A stretch of 64,000 nucleotides of DNA. Origin: Laetmonice hystrix (lineage: Eukaryota). The translations under genes were made by a program, and so were the position numbers. This document shows positions 35,901-47,400 of the stretch, one piece after another (positions within the stretch are counted from its first letter, which is position 1; the number at the start of each line of letters is the position of its first letter). The notes under the pieces are model-generated. The model made no database searches, was not told the origin of the DNA, and saw nothing but the letters and a program-made list of their open reading frames with translations. The DNA is taken from NCBI GenBank assembly GCA_965235115.1, contig OZ249436.1, positions 53,384,001 through 53,448,000 of the forward strand. Direction: 5' to 3'.

Positions 35901-38900
35901 TCTTGCCACATGATCAAAGAATGCTCTACCAACAACAGCATCAAATGATACAAACTTGTGGGAGCAAACTCAGATAAGATCAAAGTTTGCTTCTCAGCAA
36001 AATTCATCATGCTACTTTGATATGAATGTGGAAAAATGACTTTTTCACCTGCAGACTACATACCTTATTTTATAGCTACCCAAATCATACTAAAGGGGCT
36101 GTTGCTCAGTAACATAACAATTGAAAATGCATTTAACCTCTCTAATGAATATTTAATATCAATTCGAATTGGTTTACTGCTGGTCACACTAAAATCCTTT
36201 CTTAGGCTCCTAAACATGTACCGGAGATTCTAGAGATAGAAGCATTGCACTTAGATTTCTGGAATGGCTTGCTGATAAGAAGAGCAGGTGCAGAAATGCC
36301 ACAGAAGGCCATAAAAGATTTCTGTTTAAAAATCTTTTTGGGCCACAGGAAAAACCTCTTTAATGACAACACTGTGATTTCTTGGAAACTTTGGGGTAAT
36401 GGGAATTGCAGGGGGCTGTCTGACAGACCTGTGTTGTTCAAAAGGGCAGAGCAGGTGCTTGTAACGGCAGGGTGCCGCGCCCTTCTATTTTTAACTACGG
36501 GAGGCACTATATTACCTTGCATAAAAATCAATATTATATCATCATGCAGTCAGATACTGTCAAATGATCAAGGAATGCTCTACCACAGACAGCATCTAGA
36601 ATGACATAAATATGTGGGAGCAAACTCAGATAAGATCAAAGTTTGCTTCTCGACAAAACTCATCATGCTGCTTTTACACATCATAACATGGGCATAAATA
36701 CTGAACACAATCTATCAACCCAGTGCAAAACAGGTTGGGGGGTTCCTGGAAGATATATGTTCTAACTTGGGTCTACTCACATTGGTGGAGTGCTGGTTTG
36801 CTGGATCAAGTCATCCTTAAGCCTGATCAGTTCACGCAGCTTTGGGTATTCTTCAAACCGATTGGCAAGACCTACAAATAAAAAACATTGTTATACAGTC
36901 ATTTTATTATGAATACTGACATCTTGAATTCCACTATACTTTTTACACAATTGATTTGGTAGTTTGAAAAAGATAGTGAAAACAGCTCTAAAAAGGCTTG
37001 TTACTCTAAAGCAACCTCCCCTCGGCTATGTACTAGTCCAACAGTCATTTGCACATGTCGAGGTAAGCAGATCATGCAACCCTTGAAGTTGTTACAAAAA
37101 ATTAGTGATACCTTTGAGTACCCTTGTCCATCAAAGTATGTACTTCGATCTGCAGTCATCCCTGACCACTTTATAAAGTTATACATATATGTCAACATAG
37201 TTGCCAACTCTACTGCTTTGGGCGGTAGAATACCGCTTTTTAAGCTCTGCCACTGCCTACCGCATAAGGATTTTTGATAATTAAAAATCTACTGCTTTTG
37301 TCAGTTTTGTTCTTTTACCTCATGCTATAGGCCTGACTTTCATAAGTTGATTTTCATCCTAGATTGCAGAAGAATGCATGATTTGCACATTACAGTTTTA
37401 AATTTTTTCTGGGGGAGCATGCCCCCGGGCCTCCCTAGCAGGCCAACATTGCGCTGCCCTGCTCTGCAGACCAGAAAAGCATCTACCTCTTTTTCACTCT
37501 CCAATGTTGGCAACTATGTGTCAAGATTATTGTTCTTAAGACCAAAGTACCGGTACTGTAAATCAGTAGAGAATGTAAGTGTGAGACATTTGCAACTACT
37601 TGCATGGAGAACTGCCTGCAATAAATGTATGCTCACCAACATCATGTATGAAATTCTGTGGTCGCTCTCCTGTATCCACAAAATGCTGGCAGTAATCATT
37701 GTGAGGGTTGGCACTTTGTGTTCCCTGAAAAAAAATTAGTACAAATTACGTTTGGGTACAAGCAACACTGTTACTTCTCAGCCTCTTCACTACAAAAAAG
37801 GTTATCAACTTTCCTCTGTCCACAATAGGATTCAGCACCTCAAATAGGTGCCAGAAATGTGTTGACAGTTTGTTTTCACAAAACTTCAGACTTACCTTTA
37901 AGAAAGCACTGGAATCAGTGTATATTTCTTCCTCTTCTTCAACAAACTCTGGTTCAATGTTCTGAAAGGGGAGAGGTTAAATGTAATTTTTTTTTATCAA
38001 GGGACTGACAGTGATTGTGTCATGTCTGAACCACAGTTCATGTATAAACTGTTTGTTGGAGATGGAATCATGCTACATGTCTCTGCATTGAACTCCTGGC
38101 TTGGTTAGATAGGCTCCCAGGGAGTTCTTGTATTGACCAGTAAAAGATTTTTTAACCAGTATTGACCATTGACCAGTTTTTTCTAACCCCTGTTTTGATG
38201 CCTGCTACTCGATGGACATGTCAACAAAAATGGAGGCATGTATCTGTTGCCTGTCTGTCATCTGATCAGTCGACAAACATTAAAACTCTGCGAAAGACAT
38301 ATATATTTTAGTTGTCTCGAATGAACATAGGTTTTTTGAACACTGCTATATAATCTGACCTCTTCCTTCAAATATTGTCAATTCGTTGCACTGTCTTTGA
38401 TATTTGGTTAGCAAACTTGAAAAGGCTGTAATACTTTTAGTTTTACAGTGCTAAGGAGTGTCTATAGTGGCCCATAAGCATTTTTCGAAAGATTCCCACA
38501 CTACAACCCAGGAGAACTTGACTATGTGAATTTACACAAAAATCGTAGTATGCCTACAGGAGCTATCCACTCAGCTCCAGTGCTTGTGTCCAGTCCTTCA
38601 ATTTCTTCATCTGGCATCCGCTTTTTCAGCTGTGGACTAGATGAATCTGAAACACTTTAAAAGAAACATATGAATTACAATTTGCTGCATCTACAAATTT
38701 TGCTTCCAGCTATAATCAGCTCATACCATCCTCAATGTTGAATATGTTCCGGAGAGAATCTTGTGATACAAGCCCTTCATTTAATCTACTGGTACTTTCA
38801 GAGCAATGACTACATATAATTTTTCTTTTTTGCATGCCAAAAAGATTTTAGGGTACTGTTTATGGTGAAAATGATATTTGACATTAAAATTCCAGTAAAG

Positions 38901-41175
38901 CTGCGAAAGGTCTTACGTGACTTTCTTCTGCTGCTTCTCTGCTTCTTCCTGATCTTCTCTGCTACTTAATGCTTGTCGAAGATTTTCAGGACTTGCAAGG
39001 CCTAACTGGAAATTAAGATAGAACTGCATAATTTTTTTTCTTCCAAATTGCAGGTCTCCATTAGCCAAATGTTATTATAACATGAAAAATAGGTCTTCCA
39101 TAGTTGCTCAACAAATTAGCTAGGCTAGGGCCCTATGGCTACAGCAAGTATGGGCAATATTAGTACGGTAACTGTTTAGTTTCAGTGCCTTGCAGAACAC
39201 TGTTGAGTTGGCAGCAGCCTGACTGTGTATTACATTTTGACACTCTGTCGACCATCGCAACAGGCTCAGAAACAACCGGTGCATGTGGACATTATATAGA
39301 ACCCAGGCAGGATAGCAGTCGCTGGTGTATTTGTACTCGACGGTCAGAGTCCGTATCGCGTATGGACGTAAGGACAAGCACTTTGACTTGTTGGAGTAGG
39401 GATAGGGTGTCGGGTGAAAACGTCCCCAAGTGAAAATGTCTCTGGACAAGGTGAAACATACGGTGGCTAGAAAGTGTCATATTTATTTCTTTCTGAATTA
39501 ACACTTTTTTCTTTTTACAATTTCCTATTCGATGGACATGTCAACAAAAATGGAGGCATGTATCTGTTGCCTGTCTGTCATCTAATCAGTCGACAAACAT
39601 TAAAACTCTGCGAAAGATATATATTTTAGTTGTCTGGAATGAACATAGGTTTTTTTGAACACTGCTATATAATCTGACCTCTTCCTTCAAATATTGTCAA
39701 TTCGTTGCACTGTCTTTTATATTTGGTTAGCAAACTTGAAAAGGCTGTAATACTTTTAGTTTTACAGTGCTAAGTGCTAAGTTACAGTGAAAATGTCTCC
39801 AATGTGAAACGTATGGTGGCTGGAAAGTGTCATATTTATTTCTTTCTGAATTAAAACTTTTTTCTTTTTAGTTTCCACCACGGTGGAAAAATGATTTCCA
39901 CCGTCCCCGAAATAATGTCTGCCACACGGCCTAAATTATTTCAACCGTGCCTGAAATAATCTCTGCCACGTGGTGGAAATTATTTCTGCCATGCCCAAAA
40001 TAATTTCCAAGACGTGGAAAATTATTTCTGCCGTGCCCAAAATAATTCCTGCCATGTGGCGGAAATTATTTCCACCGTGCCCAAAATAATTTCCGCCACT
40101 CTAAACCCAATGGCTGACAGAGTCAATGTCAAGTACACGCATCCTGAAAAGACGTGGCTTGGGATGAAGGGGTCATTCAAAGGACCAGATAAAAACTGTC
40201 ATTAATGCCGTTGAAAATGAAGTATGGGGCACTGGAAAAGATCTTGGACACAGAGCTATGCACGATAAAATAACAACGTTCTGTCGTATAGTAACTGATC
40301 AAGAAACAGTACGATTGGTTCTGAACCACCTTGACTCAGATGACGTTTTATTTCAGCGACAAAGACAGTTACAGTACAGGGGCGAATTCAGGGGGGCTGA
40401 GGGGGCCGCGCCCCCCCCTTTCGTCAGGGTACCAATCAGAAAAAAGGCAAAATTTTGTTGTTTGCAACTGTAAAAGCAAACATTTTGCTTTCTCAGAATG
40501 CAGGAAATTTCAGGAAATGCCATTTCAGAGACTCCAGATGTTCAAAATTGTCCGGGGGCCCCATACTAGGGCTCGGCCCCCCCTTTAATTCCAACCGGCC
40601 CCCCCTTTTCCAAAATCCTGGATCCGCCCCTGCAGTACAACAGTGTTAAAGTGTTAACTGTCTTTTAACGTGGTGAAAATTATTTCCGGCATGGTGAAAA
40701 TAATTTCTGCCACGTGGTGGAAATTATTTTGTTTTTGAGCACGGTGGTAATTATTTCGGGCACGGTGACGGTGGAAATTATTTTTTTTTTGGTCACGGTG
40801 GAAATCATTTCCGCCACGTGGCGGAAGAATAGGTAAAAATATGTATATACCCGTTACAACGGAGTGCTAACCGATAGCCTACCATCTTTGCTAGGCCCAG
40901 GGCCGACTCGAGTAGCCAGTAGTACGGCAGTAGGGCGGCTCGTTGAAGAGGCTGTTCGGCGACCGGCGAAACCCTACCGGCAGCCCAACGGCCAAACGCA
41001 ACAGTTCAATTAGCGGGGCCGTTCAAGGTTTTTACTAATACTATAGATCTACCTGTTTAGCTAGCAGTTCCTTGCGCTTTTTGGACCTCTCCTTTAACGA
41101 CTTGAAGAGATCTAACCCCACCGGCGTCTTGCTTTCTAAAGCGTCGGGACCGCTACCCACGCCAGAATCCGCCAT
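32929..41175 (-). CDS. METTL14: m6A methyltransferase non-catalytic subunit METTL14 (about 490 aa, 10 exons)
   Basis: Exons 41175-41053, 39005-38917, 38654-38558, 37961-37896, 37724-37637, 36871-36781, 35010-34872, 34379-34287, 33919-33803, 33498-32929. Motifs: [63 protein letters not shown] and a C-terminal RGG tract. Confidence 0.97.
35120..35243 (-). ncRNA. Intronic box C/D sno/scaRNA, predicted U2 Gm25 guide, copy 1
   Basis: GTGATGA ... CTGA with CAG/CTG terminal stem; ACTTTGATCTTA-T-CTGA (D') is antisense to U2; same strand as the host gene. Confidence 0.75.
35607..35732 (-). ncRNA. Intronic box C/D sno/scaRNA, predicted U2 Gm25 guide, copy 2
   Basis: C box 35727-35721, guide 35703-35692, D' 35690-35687, C'-like TTGATCA, D box 35614-35611, GCAG/CTGC terminal stem. 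Confidence 0.8.
35891..36016 (-). ncRNA. Intronic box C/D sno/scaRNA, predicted U2 Gm25 guide, copy 3 (most diverged)
   Basis: ATGATGA ... CTGA with AGTAG/CTGCT stem. The guide is unchanged, while the stem next to the boxes has pairing-preserving substitutions. Confidence 0.8.
36546..36671 (-). ncRNA. Intronic box C/D sno/scaRNA, predicted U2 Gm25 guide, copy 4
   Basis: ATGATGA ... CTGA with GCAG/CTGC stem; identical guide and D' box. Confidence 0.8.
37196..37518. mobile_element. MITE with 13-bp TIR and 6-bp TSD
   Basis: TGTCAA|CATAGTTGCCAAC ... GTTGGCAACTATG|TGTCAA. Confidence 0.85.
38209..38455. repeat. About 245-bp segment duplicated at 39529-39774
   Basis: Near-identical direct copies in METTL14 introns 3 and 1. 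Confidence 0.9.
39872..40826. mobile_element. Foldback-type element with internally repetitive inverted arms
   Basis: The left arm (39872-40100) has repeated AAATAATTTCCACCGTGCC-type units; the right arm (40668-40826) has their reverse complement. Confidence 0.7.
40377..40632. mobile_element. CAGGGGCG-terminal MITE with 5-bp TSD, nested in the foldback element
   Basis: CAGTA|CAGGGGCGAATTCAGG ... CCTGGATCCGCCCCTG|CAGTA. Confidence 0.85.
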
Positions 41176-41494
41176 TTTGTTTTAGGTTAGAATCTCTGGC
41201 TCTGCGAATAGTTTACAATGTAAAATTTAATAGAGAGTGAAAACCACATTATGATATAGGCCTTGATCATAAAAAAGAGAAACTTTAAAACATTGTTTTA
41301 ATACTTTTATACAAAATGAATTGAATAGAATATTCTCAAGGAGCTCCTTCTTGTCTTCTTGAATTTAGTATTAGGACTAATAGACGGGAATATTTCCTGG
41401 CCACACTCACGTAGTGGCGCCACCTCACGAGAACGGCCCTCACCTTCGACGGAAGTCGTCAGTGTGTGGAGAACGAAAACTCGAGCTTGCCAAA
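41176..41494. promoter_or_regulatory. Bidirectional promoter region of METTL14 and CHCHD1
   Basis: The divergent ATGs are 319 bp apart. A YY1-like CAAAATGGCGG overlaps the METTL14 start. Confidence 0.75.
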
Positions 41495-44400
41495 ATGCCT
41501 CATTTAACTGAAGTTCTCATGCATCAAAAGCCGTTAAGAAAGTTTGCAAACTACAGATACGTACCACTCTATAGGCAAATATTACCACCTAAGTTAAAAA
41601 ATACTGTTGCATCGAAGGGCGAAAATAAGAAAGGTAAGGACTAGGCCTACTACTAGTACTAGTAGTACTAGTAGTACTACTAGCGACGTCGGAACTTGAC
41701 GTTTTGGATTTGAACGCTCTGCGCGCCCGGAATTTGGCTATGTTCTTTCACGCGGCGGCCTGTTTTTAACTCGTTGTATCTCTCTAAATATTCAGTTTAG
41801 CAGTCTAAAATTTTCTGACCATACAGTCGTACACCTCTACTTGTCGATCAGGCAAGTTCCAGCCTGCTAGTTCTAGACGATTTCTCACAATCACCGATCA
41901 AATTCACGTCAGAATCGCGTTTTTGCCGTTTTGCGCTTGCTATGGGCAAAAGACATATGCGGCAACAACCGCTGTGCGCAACGTGGCTTTTATAGATAGG
42001 AAGTAGCTGATTGCTCTAACGGGTAGACAATGATCTCAGGATTCAGAAAATATCTGAGTTTTTATTCTGTGATGATTTTTAGTTTACTTACGGATTTGTT
42101 GAATTATTCAAACTGCTCGAAAAATAGGTTACACTTGTCAGATCTTAAAAACTCAGATATCATTTTAAAGCTAAGGATCTCTACTATCAATGAGTCAACT
42201 CAGTTTTTTATTTACTAAATTAATCTCCGTGCGCAAGCCTCACATGTGGGGCCCTGTGTCTGCACCGATCACGGCACGTCTTCTGCAGAGCGCCTACCGG
42301 TAACTAGGTCAAGACGTCCCGGCGGCTGTGGCTGTACAGGCCCGGGAGAGGGGCCCGTGCGTCTGCCGCCAGATACCGTGCGTCACAACGGGAGGCGGTC
42401 CAAATTTTATGCTGAGGTTAGAGTCTAAACACCTAGCCGCATTTAGGGGGTGGGGGTGGGGTTGGGGTTGGGTGTTCACCCCTACCTAAACTATTACAGC
42501 CTTGAAAGCTGGGGGGTTATCCTGCTGACTGACAGATACAACAGTGGTGATGGGCCTCACTGAGACTCTGTACTGCCTGATTCTGTTTTGGCCCACATGT
42601 TTTCAACGTAATTTTAGCCCCCCCCCCCCTAGAAGAATGTAAGTTTTAGCAAAGATATGGGTTTTCCTCAGGGAAAGATTCAACACTTTTCATACTTGAG
42701 CAAGTTTAAATACTACACGTAGCTGTCAGCCTGGCTCTCCACATCTTGGTCTTAGACCTGGCTAGGCTAGGCCCATAAAATTAATGCCCCCCCCCCTTTT
42801 CCTTTTTATGACCCATATTTCAAATTGATGAAATTCTGCTGACATCTAAAACCAATCAAATAACATTGAATAGCATGAAATTGATTGAAATACCCACAAT
42901 AGAGCAAATGTGAGTATAGTATATAGCAGCAATTCAATTTCCACCAAAGTTTTCATTGAATAAAAAAATAACTTTTTTTAGCTCCATATACTATAGGCCT
43001 ACTTCAGATCTTTTCTCAGGTTAATACGGTGGCTCGGAAAGGACATGTATAATTTTTTTCCGAGCGCTCGACTCACTTAAACTTGAGGCTCGCTCGACTC
43101 AATGTAACTCCAGGCTTGCTCGACTCAATGTAACTAGAGTTCTCGACTTGCTGTAACTCAAGCGCTCAAGTGAAAATTCAAATCTTGTGCACCAAATTTC
43201 TGAAGGGTCTAACTTGTAACCAAGTAATTCTTGTTTCTTCTGGTATTTATAAAATTCAAAATTACTTCTGCAGCATTTCCGTTATGCTGTCTACAGCGTT
43301 CAATTTAAGGATTTTTGGTGGGGTTGTCCACCGGACATATTGAACCTAGGTTGTCCACAGGAATTTCTAGTTGTCCAGAATTGTACTGTAATGCTTGGAA
43401 TGTCCTTTGCCACTTGTTCTTCTCATACTCCTGGTCTTGGTTTCTTTTTGTGCCCTGCTTGGAAGGATCCGACAGCACAGACTTCCCAACAAACTGGAAT
43501 GGCAGGCCTTGCTTCGGCATGTTTTCCACATGTACACTTTAAGTCTTCACCGAAATTTATGGTGATGAGTGACGAATTCTTGCAAAACAGTGATTGAATT
43601 GAATTAAAGGGTCGAGGATGATGACAAATTCTTGCAAAACAGTGAAGAGTGCGAGGATTATGTCATCCATCATCGCCCTGCAACCCAAAAATGAGGTTGT
43701 GTCTAGTTTCTTTACACCTCTTATGAAGTTATGTACATAGTCAGATAGTCAGGGGAGAATCCAGGATTTTCAAGATGGGGGTGGGGGGTGGCTATGGAAT
43801 AAGGAGATTTTCTCAACAACAACAACCCCCCCATAGTGATTTGCCCAGATTTGCCTAAACAAAAAGTGGAATATCAACAGGGCTGTAGCTAGAAATTTCT
43901 GAGTGTGGGGGCAGTCATGGGACGGATCCAGGAATTTGATAAAGGGGGTGTCATAGGAGCGCCAAAGCCCTCCCCAAGAAAAAAATGAAAATTACAGTGC
44001 CAAATACGCGATATAGACCAGCCTTTAAGCCCATAATAGGCCAATAGACAATTGGACATTTAAATTTTAAAAATCTTTCGTAAAAATATAAAAAAAAAAG
44101 GGTACTTGGGGGGGGGGAAGGGCACTTGGGGCGAGAGGGGGGTGCGCACCCCCTGCACCCCCCTGGATCCGTCACTGATAGTTATATCATTGTGATGGTT
44201 AGTCCGTACACTCTTGTCTTCATTATGGATCAGTTCTTCTCCTTTATCAATATATTATTAATACCGGATACAATTTCATATTCCCTATGATGACCTGTTG
44301 GGGCAAGAATGAAAATTCAAATCTTGTGTACCAAAATCTTAGAGGGTCTAACTAGGTTATTCCTGAACTTTTACTAGTTCTCAAAGATTATACAATGTCT

Positions 44401-47400
44401 CAAATTATCTCTACATAGGATTTTCACTTCTTTAATCTTGTGTTGTATCAATAGTTGTGAATGTCACTGCTCGCCGAATCCGATTTCAGACGTGACCATG
44501 CTGGAACTGCATCTGAAAAATTCTGCTGTGGTAGAGGTAACTTTAGTGGCCTGTTACATGCAGAAAATTATTACATATCCCTCTAAAAAACACTGTTTAT
44601 AACCAATAAAGACCCCTAGATTGATATCTGATTAAAAAAAACTAGATTTGAAAAAGTTTATTTTTGGTCATTTTTCCAGTTTTGTCTGTTTCGTACCGCC
44701 GTGAAAATGAAAGCAAAATTAGGCTTTCGGCCATTTTGGATTGACCGTTATTAACAGAATAAATTATTAAAATAACAAAAAACTAGTTATATTGACTGTC
44801 TGCATATAGTTTATGAGTGTAAAGGAGAAAAAATAATTTCATTATAAATTTAAAAAGAAATATTGGACCTTGAAATCCTATTTTCAGTTAATTTCACAAA
44901 AAATGGGATATCGGGCTCGCGCCGTTCAAATCGGGGCCCTTTTTTTGCCCAGTTTTTGGTCAATAACTCAAAAAATATTCATCGTACAATAGGAAAAGTA
45001 TACATTTTTAGAATCGTCTCATTGAGATCTATCGATTGAACTGGGTCTCAATCAGATATACAGAGTTTGAAAAAATGACCACCGTCCCTAGTACTACTAC
45101 TAGTAAAATAAGGCAATACTGCAACAGCCCAGGCAAAGACCCCAGCCGTAATGCCATGGCCCATGAAATATTTTCCCCCGTATTCAGCATTAATTTAATA
45201 TTTATTTTAATAGGACTTCCCAGATGTTCCATATGGCCTAGGTATCAAACCTAGAAGTCAACCCTATCGAATACACGACATGTCCGCCCGTCGCCATGTC
45301 TGCCCGGTCATGTCCGCCCCTCGGTACTATGCCCGCCCGCCCGCTGTGCCTCTGTGATAAACACTCGACTCTGCCCACCCTGCCGCCCGTGGTCCCGGGA
45401 AAAGCCGTCAACGTGACGAGGACAGTCTACTGAGTTAGAGGAGTGTATCAACAACTCTAGATCAACTATTGTAATCGCTAAGTGCCCAACAAATGAGAGC
45501 CACCTCGTAGGTAACGTGTCCCTTGCCGGGCGCCTCTTGAGCGGAGCGGCGAGGGCCGGACATGATGAAGCCAGGGGGACATGACCGGGGCTAGCGCCTA
45601 CATCCCGGGGGGCGGACATGACCGGGCGGACATGGCTACGGGCGGACATGTCGTGTTCAAATCAGGGCTCAAATTAACCGGGTTCGCATCACAATTTGCA
45701 TGCCAAAATCAGTCTATTGCGAATCAAATTAAGAGATGAGTCGCAAAATATTGCCTATTACTGCTTTTACAAACTGGATAACTGAGTAGTTATTGCGAAT
45801 CAAAATTTGTAAAGTATTTCGAGCCTGCTATCTTATCAGCAACCAGCTCTGATTAGGCCTCCCCTTCCTCCAACCTGAACATTTTCCAGCCCCTATATTA
45901 TAATAATAGGGCCTACTTTTAGTCCATGTGGGAATTTTATCACAGAATAGGTAAGTGGGCCTCAGAAGTTAAAAGGTAACTTCAGTGAAAGTGACACTAT
46001 CATATGAAATCCCAGGATCTAGGAAAATAACTTCCAACACGAAATTTGGGGATAAAAACTAAGAATCTATTACTCTTGCTGGCCCTGAAACCTAATCCTC
46101 CCCCTAGCCGAAGTCTCCAGACCTCCCCAAAAACTTATCCCATCCTCTCCCTACCCCTATCCCTGCACTTTTACTACCAATTTCGTGGGAATGTTGCCAT
46201 AGTGGGGGAATAACCCAGGCAGAGCGGGTGTCCACAAACCCACCCGTAACTCCCCAGCCCCACCTATTACCTAATGACAGGTGCCAGGGCAGGGGACTGG
46301 TGACTGATTTAGCGGTCAGTACATAGGTTCATGGGGTTTCCCCACGGCTACTATAGCCCGTCTACCGCCACCCTGCCAGCCTACCCGGTCAGCAGCCACG
46401 GAGGACAAATTGGCCTCCGTTAAAATGCAACATGCCATGCCAGACATTGCTGATTAAATATGTCAGCAATGGCCGACGGTCTGACGACTTTATGCTTGTG
46501 ATTGCTTCAAAGTTTACCACCTACTGTATTTGTTTCAGTAAGGACGTGTCTTCAAGAGATGTCAGTTTTGTTAGTTTGCCTAAAGCAGCATGACTTCAAC
46601 CAAGGAATGTGTGCGAAGGAGCTAGAACAGTTTACTACATGTCAACAGCAGTTTGCGGTATGTAATATCACATCTATCTACTTGTACCACATGCTGCACT
46701 CCATAGAGCAAGGTCTATGCAGTTGATGAGCATAACTCGCACTAATCATGCTTATGTCTTTTGGCAGTACTGCTGAAGATATCTGATTAGGCTGTGCCTT
46801 TATCATGCCAGTGATAGAGTAAAAACACGTAATGGGATGAGGAGCCTTCAAGGTGTGAACGCCTGGCACATGAATACGGCATGACACCAAAGGTGGAGTG
46901 CAGTATTCTTGTGCCAGGCATCAAGTTCCATACTTTCCTGCTGTGGAGGAGCCAAATCCCGTTAAGTCTGTTATGTGCTGGGATTATTTCTAATTTAAGG
47001 AAAACAAACAACATTAACCCAAAATAACAAGTTTTATAAAGACTTCCAGCAAGAATAGCAAGTGTCCATCTACTATGGGTGTGTTTTACTAAGGAAAGAA
47101 CTCTTTGCGAAAGATGCCTTTGAGCCAGGTCGAGGGTGTTTAAAAATGGGCTACATCACAGTAAAGACGTCTTTGGAGTCGGCGACTATTTCAAAGATGC
47201 CTTTTCAAGCAGGAAAATAACCTGTTTCGCATCGCAAATTGCTATACAACTGATGCATTTTGCTAATCATTTTCCAAAAATGTTCAGTATAATTTAGTAC
47301 CGTTACTATCTGTGAATCGAACTTTTATTTTGCTAGTCAAATTTTCTGGATTATTTTGCGCCTTGCTTTTGCGCTTAGTGAAACACTCCCCCTCCATAGT

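Noticed and set aside
37019..37155. Multi-hairpin segment with Sm-site-like AATTTTTTG in METTL14 intron 5
   Set aside because: It is single-copy with short stems, no resemblance to a known snRNA and no box motifs; chance folding cannot be excluded.
43560..43650. C-box-like GTGATGA/ATGATGA in CHCHD1 intron 1
   Set aside because: There is no matching D box or terminal stem; it is a short direct duplication.
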